Part shown: positions 16,830 through 23,655 of the stretch, in pieces | How the letters are laid out: every line of letters begins with the position of its first letter | Numbering within the stretch: position 1 is the stretch's first letter | Assembly (NCBI GenBank): GCA_039795715.1 | Contig: JBDKLD010000075.1 | Location: 1 to 51,084 of the forward strand | Origin: Candidatus Parcubacteria bacterium | GTDB taxonomy: Bacteria; Patescibacteriota; Minisyncoccia; Phycocordibacterales; UBA9973 | Reading direction: 5' to 3' | DNA: 51,084 nucleotides | The notes under the pieces: model-generated | What the model saw: the letters and a program-made list of their open reading frames with translations, nothing else | Told to the model about the DNA's origin: nothing | Database searches by the model: none | Translations under genes and position numbers: made by a program

Positions 16830-16881
16830 AAATACCCTTACTGGGCTTGAACTCATGGGTACTTAACTCACCCAGCCCGCA
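16830..16881 (+). repeat. 52-nt direct repeat, copy 2
   Basis: aaatacccttactgggcttgaactcAtgggtacttaactcaCCcagcccgca. Confidence 0.9.
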
Positions 16882-16912
16882 AAAATAATGAGCGTAGCGA
16901 TTATATTTTTGC

Positions 16913-16982
16913 GCAGTGCATAGTGGTCTAGTTCCCCAGCCTTACCAATTGGGGATAGCGGGTTCGATTCCCGTCGCGTCAA
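16913..16982 (+). pseudogene. tRNA-like element without acceptor-stem pairing (paralog of 32726..32795)
   Basis: It has a canonical T arm GCGGG-TTCGATT-CCCGT, a stem CCCCAG/TTGGGG with loop CCTTACCAA, and TAGTGGTCTAG. The 5' segment GCAGTGC cannot pair with the 3' segment CGCGTCA. Confidence 0.45.
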
Positions 16983-16987
16983 TAAGT

Positions 16988-17686
16988 TTATTTCTCATAA
17001 ACATTAATTTCCTGATTGATCGTAAATGTGGGAGTATTTAGCTTTGCCTGCAAGAAATCAGACATGAGTTTGATATTTTGCTCAGAATGGGCAGTATCCA
17101 TCAGATACAGGCATTGTTTCGTCAGCCCTAGGAATGTCGGACTGGTGAGTGTTGCAGTGAATGGCACGGATTTAACTTTCGTATACCCAAAAGGAAATCC
17201 CTCAATCTTTACTTCAGGATTAGCGCTTGGTAAATGACCAAGACTAAATCTCATCACCTCCCCAAGAAAGTCGTCGTTCATATCTTCAATAAGAATAATT
17301 CTTTTGGCATTCACGCGCTCGATGCTATCCTTTAACTTTTCTAGGTCGGCATCGATAAATTGATGTACATGGGACATGAACATTGTTTCTATTCGTTTCA
17401 ACTCATCAATAAGCTTTGTATCGAAAAAATCTCCGGTTATTCGAGCGTGCGCTTCAGGGACAGGAACGTCAGAAAAATCGAGCACGTCTAAATGAACAAC
17501 CTTCTTTTCAGGGATTACCGCCGAAAGAATATCAGCGGTACCCCCACCAACATCAAGGATCGGCTCATCAAAATATTCAAGAAATTCTTTTTTGAGCAGA
17601 TCAATAATAATGGGATTTTCATCACAGTATGTTTCCTTAAAATCTTTTACATCATCGGACGATATGGCTATGGTATCTTTGTTCAT
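16988..17686 (-). CDS. Class I SAM-dependent methyltransferase
   Basis: The SAM motif I PILDVGGGTADILSAV followed by VVHLDVLD. It lies 6 nt downstream of the HTH-RibA fusion gene. Confidence 0.7.
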   Translation of the reverse strand: MNKDTIAISSDDVKDFKETYCDENPIIIDLLKKEFLEYFDEPILDVGGGTADILSAVIPEKKVVHLDVLDFSDVPVPEAHARITGDFFDTKLIDELKRIETMFMSHVHQFIDADLEKLKDSIERVNAKRIILIEDMNDDFLGEVMRFSLGHLPSANPEVKIEGFPFGYTKVKSVPFTATLTSPTFLGLTKQCLYLMDTAHSEQNIKLMSDFLQAKLNTPTFTINQEINVYEK

Positions 17687-17692
17687 ATTTTT

Positions 17693-19204
17693 TTATTTAT
17701 GGCTAATAAGCTCACTTAAGTATGATTTAACTTTTTTCATATCAATCGATTCACCGGATTTCAACTTTGATTCAGCATCAATCGAAAAATTAATTTTATA
17801 GTGTTCTTTCATTTCAAAATATGAAGAAAGCAGGCCGGGACCAAATCCCCCACAGAGCGCGATGTCATTAATACCTTTTTCTAAAAGTGTATCGATCTTT
17901 TTCTCTATATTGGTCTTTGCATCCTGTTTGCCAGCACCTCGGCTGTTGTCAATCATCAAAAACGTCTTATGTTTCAAGACTTCCTCGACAAATTCCGGAT
18001 CATCCACCAAATGGAATTCCTCGTCCGAGAGAGGAATATCAACCAAGAAAAACTTATTGGCATACTTGAGTACTTTCAAGTGGTCGCTAGTTAAATCATT
18101 TAGTCGAATATATTTAACATATGGTAACTTTTCTCTAATGAGCGCAACGTCTTTGAGAGGGTCGGTTGAAAATTTGAATGTAAAATGGAGAATTGGCACG
18201 AACCCTTCGAAATATTCGGAAGCTTTGCAGATTGCTTCAATTTTCTTCAATTCATGCGGATCGTTGAGAATGTGCGAATCGGCATACACACCGAGGCAAA
18301 TTTTGAGCAATGGATCTTTCTTTAAGCCCGCCATGAAATTGCCGATTTCAGTGACCTGCTCCGGTGACTCAACATAGGTGAATTGATAAAAGTAATTGCT
18401 CTCATCTTTTCCAAAAAAGTGCTTGAATTTTTGTCGCTTTGTTTCGAAGTAACGTCGATTGTAACTGTTACTTTCAATGACCAAAGGAATGCGGTCAGTA
18501 ATGGTAATGCCTAATCTCGCAATTTCAGAAACCTTTGAAGGATTGTTTGTAATCAACTTTATTTCTTTGACGTTCAAGTAATCAAGAACTTTTTTTACCC
18601 AAGAATATTCTCGGTAGTCTGGTTTGTGACCTAAAAGAATATTGGCTTCATGAGTATCATATCCTTTATCCTGCAGGATGTAAGCTTTAATCTTTTCATG
18701 TAAACCAATACCGCGCCCTTCTTGGCGAAGATAGATAAAGACTCCATTGCCACTTTCTGAGATCATAGAGAGTGACCGGTCTTTTTGTTCTTCGCAGTCA
18801 CATCGATAACTATGGAATGTATCCCCTGTCAGACACTCGCTATGGACTCGTACGAGAACTGGTTTACTGGTATCGAGGTTTGGTGTTTGTAAAAAAATAA
18901 TCTCTTCACCTTTTTTCTGATTCCAAACATTGAAATAAAATGTGCCCTGCTTTGTAGGAAGAAGGGTGCCGACAATATCGTTTTCTGGTATATCCCTTGT
19001 TTCTACTTTGCCTGTGCGTATTGCATCAACAGGAACGTTATAGAGATCAGACAATAATTTTGCCTGACTAAGAGTGACCTCTTTCTTTCCGTTCTCAATC
19101 AGGGTTAACGTAGGGCGAGAAATACCCAGCCGTTTTGCTATCTCATTTTGAGATAAATCCGCTGCTTTTCGGAGGCGGGTAAGCAATTTAGGACTATTTT
19201 TCAT
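17693..19204 (-). CDS. Three-domain fusion: XRE-type HTH + GTP cyclohydrolase II (RibA) + phosphoribosylanthranilate-isomerase-like TIM barrel
   Basis: The HTH is LSQNEIAKRLGISRPTLTLIENGKK. RibA blocks are VRVHSECLTGDTFHSYRCDCEEQ, YLRQEGRGIGLHEKIKAYILQDKGYDTHEAN and LITNNPSK. TrpF-like blocks are LKICLGV, FLMIDNSRGAGK, IALCGGFGPG and NFSIDAESKLKSGESIDMKKV. Confidence 0.75.
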   Translation of the reverse strand: MKNSPKLLTRLRKAADLSQNEIAKRLGISRPTLTLIENGKKEVTLSQAKLLSDLYNVPVDAIRTGKVETRDIPENDIVGTLLPTKQGTFYFNVWNQKKGEEIIFLQTPNLDTSKPVLVRVHSECLTGDTFHSYRCDCEEQKDRSLSMISESGNGVFIYLRQEGRGIGLHEKIKAYILQDKGYDTHEANILLGHKPDYREYSWVKKVLDYLNVKEIKLITNNPSKVSEIARLGITITDRIPLVIESNSYNRRYFETKRQKFKHFFGKDESNYFYQFTYVESPEQVTEIGNFMAGLKKDPLLKICLGVYADSHILNDPHELKKIEAICKASEYFEGFVPILHFTFKFSTDPLKDVALIREKLPYVKYIRLNDLTSDHLKVLKYANKFFLVDIPLSDEEFHLVDDPEFVEEVLKHKTFLMIDNSRGAGKQDAKTNIEKKIDTLLEKGINDIALCGGFGPGLLSSYFEMKEHYKINFSIDAESKLKSGESIDMKKVKSYLSELISHK

Positions 19205-19438
19205 AATGAGAGTATCTTACTATATGTAAAGATAATTGTCAATAATTTTGTAATAAAATATTACATTTTAACCTTACGGTGTTGCTGTAGGGCAAAAAAG
19301 TGTCTCATTTGTCTCTTTAGGCAAAAACCGAATAGAGACTCACCGACCTCAGCTCGGCATCCAGAAAAATGCTATACTTAGCATGGAGTATTCAATGGTC
19401 GATTTTAATAATTACCATACTATTTTACTTTACACTTT

Positions 19439-19591
19439 ATGCTTAGAACTATAGCAATAATCTTACTTGTCCTTTGGCTCCTTGGTTTTCTCGGTTTTCA
19501 CGTTCTTGGAAGCTTCATTCACATTCTCCTCGTGGTCGCGATTATATTCTTCTTGATTCACATCATTCGGGGCGAAAATCCACTGAAGTAA
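19439..19591 (+). CDS. Small membrane protein (lmo0937-like family)
   Basis: 50-codon ORF below the track threshold: MLRTIAIILLVLWLLGFLGFHVLGSFIHILLVVAIIFFLIHIIRGENPLK. This is the typical sequence pattern of that family. Confidence 0.6.
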   Translation: MLRTIAIILLVLWLLGFLGFHVLGSFIHILLVVAIIFFLIHIIRGENPLK

Positions 19592-19654
19592 TGGTTTAGG
19601 GAAAATTTAAAATATTTTTGGTTTTTCTTCATCAAGATTGTGTAGTCTTTTTGT

Positions 19655-20242
19655 ATGGAAAACATATCGCCAGATGAAAAGCTTTTGCCAATCGAAATCA
19701 TAAAAGATAAGATTTTCTATATTCGAGGTAAAAAAGTCATGCTCGATAAAGACTTGGCTCTACTGTATGGCGTACCGACCAAGCGTCTCAACGAAGCAGT
19801 AAAGAGGAATATTGGCAGATTCCCACTAGATTTCATGTTTCAGCTAGATAAAAAGGAAGCTGGACTATTTTCAAGGTCACAAATTGTGACCTTGAAACCT
19901 GGAAATACAGACAGAGGTAATGGTAATCCTTCTCTAAGGTCGCAAATTGCGACCTTAGAGACCGGCAGGGGTAAGTATGCAAAATACTTGCCAATGGTTT
20001 TCACTGAACAAGGCATTGCTATGCTCTCCTCTGTCCTCAATAGCGACAAGGCAATTCAGATAAATATTCAAATTATCAGAATTTTCATCAAACTCAGGGA
20101 GATGATCGATGCCTACCAAGACCTTCGTGAAAAAGTCGAGGAAATGGAGCAGAATAATGAGACCAATTTTAGAGAAATATTCAGAGTAATCAAACTCCTC
20201 ATAGTCAAAGAAAATAGGCCCAAAAGGGAGATTGGTTTCTAA
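19655..20242 (+). CDS. ORF6N (KilA-N-like) domain DNA-binding protein
   Basis: IFYIRGKKVMLDKDLALLYGVPTKRLNEAVKRNIGRFPLDFMFQL, RSQIVTL/RSQIATL and KYLPMVFTEQGIAMLSSVLNS are the typical ORF6N-family blocks. Confidence 0.8.
   Translation: MENISPDEKLLPIEIIKDKIFYIRGKKVMLDKDLALLYGVPTKRLNEAVKRNIGRFPLDFMFQLDKKEAGLFSRSQIVTLKPGNTDRGNGNPSLRSQIATLETGRGKYAKYLPMVFTEQGIAMLSSVLNSDKAIQINIQIIRIFIKLREMIDAYQDLREKVEEMEQNNETNFREIFRVIKLLIVKENRPKREIGF
19871..19895. repeat. 25-bp palindrome, copy 1 (inside ORF6N gene)
   Basis: tcaaggtcacaaattgtgaccttga. Confidence 0.9.
19934..19958. repeat. 25-bp palindrome, copy 2 (inside ORF6N gene)
   Basis: ctaaggtcgcaaattgcgaccttag. Confidence 0.9.
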
Positions 20243-20263
20243 GGTCACAATTTGTGACCTTAG
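20239..20263. repeat. 25-bp palindrome, copy 3 (spans ORF6N stop codon, inverted centre)
   Basis: ctaaggtcacaatttgtgaccttag. Confidence 0.9.
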
Positions 20264-20316
20264 AGCTATGGCCAGGGCTTTTCAGTGACAATCAGGATTT
20301 TGCTACAATACAATGC

Positions 20317-21090
20317 ATGTCCTCCCTCCTCACCTCCCTCAAAAAAGAGCTCCGTGCGCTCGGCACACCGGAACGAGCACGGCTTTGCGCTTGGTTTTTT
20401 AAAACTGCGCCCGGACAATACGGCGAAGGTGACATTTTCATCGGCATAACTGTTCCCGCACAAAGAGCAACCGCAAAAAAGTATGGCAACCTTTCCCTCT
20501 CTGACATAGAAAAACTTCTTCAATCACAAGAACATGAATTCCGCCTCACAGCACTCATCCTTTTGGTCGCCAAATATAAGCAAGCTGAGCGCTCCAACTC
20601 GAAAAAATCCCAGAAACAAATTTTCTCCCTATACCTCAAAAACACAAAATCGGTGAACAATTGGGACCTCGTTGATTCAAGCGCAAGCTACATCGTCGGA
20701 ACATACCTAGCCACATGCCCAGCAACCGAAAGAATGCGCACTCTCATGCGCCTGGCCAAATCAAAACTCCTTTGGGATAGACGAATAGCGATGATCTCCA
20801 CGCTCGCCTTCATCAGCAAAGGACACCACGCAGAAGCCATCGCCATTGCAACCATTCTCGTCGACGATAAGCACGAACTAATACAGAAAGCCGTTGGTTG
20901 GATGCTTCGAGAGATAGGCAAGAGAGCTTCACTAGAGGCCGAGCTCTCTTTTTTGCATAAATACGGTGCAACTATGCCTCGAACCACCCTCCGATATGCT
21001 ATAGAAAAATTCCCAAAACACGAGCGTCAGATGTATTTGGCGCTTCGGCACACGCTTTCTCGCACCACATCGAAAAAGAGCCCCAAATAG
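20317..21090 (+). CDS. DNA alkylation repair protein (AlkD-like HEAT-repeat family)
   Basis: FFKTAPGQYGEGDIFIGI, NNWDLVDSSASYIVG, WDRRIAMISTLAFI and QKAVGWMLREIGK. Met at 20317 (MSSLLTSLKKEL) is preferred over 20254. Confidence 0.75.
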   Translation: MSSLLTSLKKELRALGTPERARLCAWFFKTAPGQYGEGDIFIGITVPAQRATAKKYGNLSLSDIEKLLQSQEHEFRLTALILLVAKYKQAERSNSKKSQKQIFSLYLKNTKSVNNWDLVDSSASYIVGTYLATCPATERMRTLMRLAKSKLLWDRRIAMISTLAFISKGHHAEAIAIATILVDDKHELIQKAVGWMLREIGKRASLEAELSFLHKYGATMPRTTLRYAIEKFPKHERQMYLALRHTLSRTTSKKSPK

Positions 21091-21190
21091 CGTCATTCCT
21101 CTCTCCCCCTAGAGACCCCCTTGCCAAATCCTAAAACATGCTACTATATGGGGAGTCTATTAATAGGTAATAAGCAAACGCAATTAATAT

Positions 21191-21448
21191 ATGGCACCAA
21201 AAGCAAATTCCGCATTTATGAAGCCAATGAACCTTAGCGAAGAACTCGCTGAAGTCTGTGGCAAGAAGGTCATGCCTCGCTCAGAAGTCGTCAAAGCTCT
21301 CTGGGTCTACATCAAGAAGCACAATCTTCAGGATCCAAAGAACAAGCGTAACATCATTGCAGATGATAAACTCAAGCCAGTCTTCGGTGGTAAGGCAGTG
21401 GTCAACATGTTTGAAATGACCAAGCTTGTTTCAAAACACCTTTCGTAA
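21191..21448 (+). CDS. SWIB/MDM2 domain protein
   Basis: LSEELAEVCGKKVMPRSEVVKALWVYIKKHNLQDPKNKRNIIADDKLKPVFG is a typical SWIB domain. Confidence 0.8.
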   Translation: MAPKANSAFMKPMNLSEELAEVCGKKVMPRSEVVKALWVYIKKHNLQDPKNKRNIIADDKLKPVFGGKAVVNMFEMTKLVSKHLS

Positions 21449-21470
21449 TTGTTTCAATTGCAATCTCTCA

Positions 21471-21502
21471 AAAGCACTCCCGACTCGGAGTGCTTTTGTT
21501 TT
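21471..21502 (+). terminator. Rho-independent terminator after the SWIB gene
   Basis: AAAGCACTCC-6 nt-GGAGTGCTTT followed by TGTTTT. Confidence 0.7.
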
Positions 21503-21540
21503 GCACGGCTGATTTTAAAAAAGTGTAGTAAACTATTCTT

Positions 21541-21999
21541 ATGCAAGAATTTGATTGGAAGATCCCCGCCAACCACAAAAACCGTACTGTTGATTGGTAT
21601 TGGGCAATTGGACTCATTACGATCGTCGGCGCGACGACGGCATTTATTGTCGGCAATGCCCTCTTCGGTATTTTTATTTTACTTGGCGGCGGACTGCTCT
21701 TCTACACCAACCTGCACCACGGTGATGACACTGATGTGCACATTAACGAAAAGGAAATCGTGGTCAATGGTCTCCGCTACCGAACTAAAAAAATGCATAG
21801 CTTTGCTATTACCAAAAGCGGGGCCGAAGATGACATTCTCATTGTTCGCACCGATAGATTTTTTATGCCCATGCTCATCCTCCACATCTCAGATGATATT
21901 TCACTCAGTGATCTAGAGGAAACACTTTCTGTGCGAATAAAAAAAGAAGACCTGCGCGAGCCACCTGCCAATGCTGTGGCGGAGAAGCTGGGGTTCTAA
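21541..21999 (+). CDS. Hypothetical two-TM membrane protein
   Basis: 152 aa. WYWAIGLITIVGATTAFIVGNALFGIFILLGGGLLFY is followed by a soluble domain. It is preferred over the overlapping 21449..21916 frame. Confidence 0.55.
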   Translation: MQEFDWKIPANHKNRTVDWYWAIGLITIVGATTAFIVGNALFGIFILLGGGLLFYTNLHHGDDTDVHINEKEIVVNGLRYRTKKMHSFAITKSGAEDDILIVRTDRFFMPMLILHISDDISLSDLEETLSVRIKKEDLREPPANAVAEKLGF

Positions 22000-22099
22000 T
22001 ACTCAGAGCTTGGCTTTGCGTGGCGACGAAATCGTATTTTGAGATTCCAGCCTTTTGTCGTATAGTATCTCCGCGCCAAACAAGAATGGCTGGCGCAAT

Positions 22100-22171
22100 G
22101 GCCCCGTCGTTCAATGGATAGGACAAGAGTTTGCGGAATTCTAGATGAAGGTTCGATTCCTTCCGGGGTCA
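22100..22171 (+). tRNA. tRNA-Arg (anticodon GCG)
   Basis: GGCCCCG/CGGGGTC acceptor and GTTC/GGAC D stem. Anticodon stem AGAGT/ATTCT carries loop TTGCGGA. T arm is GAAGG-TTCGATT-CCTTC. Confidence 0.85.
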
Positions 22172-22182
22172 CAGATTTTAAT

Positions 22183-22208
22183 AAAAATACCTTTAAGAAG
22201 GTATTTTT
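22183..22208. terminator. Bidirectional hairpin between tRNA-Arg and the folD stop
   Basis: AAAAATACCTT-taag-AAGGTATTTTT (11 bp). It overlaps the folD stop codon. Confidence 0.65.
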
Positions 22209-23013
22209 ATTTCCCCCATAACACATTCCAAAAAAGACTGGCCACTGTTATTGGTCCGACACCGCCCGGGACTGGTGTCATTAATGAAGCTTTTTCAACG
22301 CACGCCGGATGAATATCTCCAGCCAGCTTCCCGCTTTGTTCACTCGTACCAGCATCAATCAGGATAACGTCTTTTTTAATCACGTTTGGCGTAATGAAAT
22401 GAGGTTCTCCAACGCCGGTAATAATAATGTCGGCATTTTGTATCTCTGCCAGACGTTCGACTATGGACGTGCTTCTCCTTATTTGAATATAGGGAATTTT
22501 TTCTTTGGCTAACATTGCCGCGACCGGTGCGCCAACGAGCCTTCCGTTACCCACAACAAGAATTCTTTTGTTTTCTAAATTGACATTGTTAAGCTTAATA
22601 ATTTCCCAAACTGCCTTTGCTACAGGAGGTACTCGGTCGCCTTCACCCATTCGATATGTATCCATGGCAGCTGCACTCAAGAGATCAATATCTTTATCTA
22701 AAGGAATAGCAGAAATAATTTGCTCCGTATCAAGACCAAGAGGCAACGGCAACTGCACGACGATACCATCATAGGTATCATCCAGGTTGTTTATAAAGAT
22801 TACTGCATCTTCCGTGGTGCGGACTTCTTTCTTAAACCTTGTCGTTGAAATACCGACACGCTCAGCAAAGCGTTCTTTCATTTTCACAAACTGCTCACTG
22901 GCAGTATTATCACTGAATAGAATGAAGGCTACTTTTTTCATGGGCAAATTTTTAAGCTTCAACTTGAGCTCGTTCTCCATTTCATTCGCAATTTTATTGC
23001 CATCAATAATCAT
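22207..23013 (-). CDS. folD: Bifunctional 5,10-methylene-THF dehydrogenase / methenyl-THF cyclohydrolase
   Basis: 268 aa. VGNGRLVGAPVAAMLA and TPVPGGVGPITVASL are typical FolD blocks. Confidence 0.88.
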   Translation of the reverse strand: MIIDGNKIANEMENELKLKLKNLPMKKVAFILFSDNTASEQFVKMKERFAERVGISTTRFKKEVRTTEDAVIFINNLDDTYDGIVVQLPLPLGLDTEQIISAIPLDKDIDLLSAAAMDTYRMGEGDRVPPVAKAVWEIIKLNNVNLENKRILVVGNGRLVGAPVAAMLAKEKIPYIQIRRSTSIVERLAEIQNADIIITGVGEPHFITPNVIKKDVILIDAGTSEQSGKLAGDIHPACVEKASLMTPVPGGVGPITVASLFWNVLWGK

Positions 23014-23017
23014 ATTA

Positions 23018-23653
23018 TTAATTATATCTCTGAATCACCTTTTCAAACTCTTCAATCGAGTACACAAAGTGTAGCCAGTCATATTCCTTCGGATCCTTTA
23101 CTGAAGTACAGAGTGTTTTCATTTTTTCTTTGATGAGGTGCTCCCAGTCTGTACCGTTTTTTGTCTGAAAGAATATAAGCGGTGTCATCTTTATATTATG
23201 TCCCCCATATTTATTCATTCCATCATTCACAACATTTTCATGGAAAACAATAGTCTCCTCTAGTTCAGTGCCGTCCCCACCAAGCGGGCAGACTACGGCA
23301 ATATCGCCAGAAACAACCACCTTCAATCGCTGAAAGATATCTTCTGAAACATCTGTAAATGATGCTTCCTTTACTCTTTCCCATAAACCATCATGCTGTT
23401 GTTGTGGCACGCCGATGTTCAAGAATGGAGAAAGACTATTCTCGGTAATATATTTATTTGCGGTATCACTTGTTGCAGACATTGCTCCCCCACTGTAACC
23501 GCCATGAATAATACCGTAGCCACTTTTGAGCAGTACTTCTGTAAACTGTTCGATTGCTTTGTATTCTTCGCTTGATGGATCTATTGTAGATTTGCCGAGT
23601 ACTGACGCAAAACGATTCGCACCCGATTTTTCTTTCATTTCTTGTAATGTCAT
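23018..23653 (-). CDS. LOG/TIGR00730-like Rossmann protein (nucleotide 5'-monophosphate N-glycosidase family)
   Basis: IIHGGYSGGAMSA and VVCPLGGDGTELEE resemble the GGGxxGxM and PGGxGTxxE LOG motifs. Confidence 0.55.
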   Translation of the reverse strand: MTLQEMKEKSGANRFASVLGKSTIDPSSEEYKAIEQFTEVLLKSGYGIIHGGYSGGAMSATSDTANKYITENSLSPFLNIGVPQQQHDGLWERVKEASFTDVSEDIFQRLKVVVSGDIAVVCPLGGDGTELEETIVFHENVVNDGMNKYGGHNIKMTPLIFFQTKNGTDWEHLIKEKMKTLCTSVKDPKEYDWLHFVYSIEEFEKVIQRYN

Positions 23654-23655
23654 AT

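Noticed and set aside
16188-16881. Integron attC sites / gene cassette
   Set aside because: The repeat contains ACTTAAC, which fits RYYYAAC. I found no paired GTTRRRY at the expected distance, no intI-type tyrosine recombinase, and only one cassette-like unit.
19205-19438. FMN (RFN) riboswitch upstream of the RibA-containing gene
   Set aside because: The leader is extremely AT-rich and lacks the GC-rich conserved RFN core segments. Only short AT palindromes are present, and these are more consistent with XRE-type operators.
21449-21916. 155-aa ORF overlapping the 21541..21999 membrane protein
   Set aside because: It begins inside the SWIB terminator and has a Cys/Ser/Leu-rich, non-protein-like composition. 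The other frame gives clear TM helices.
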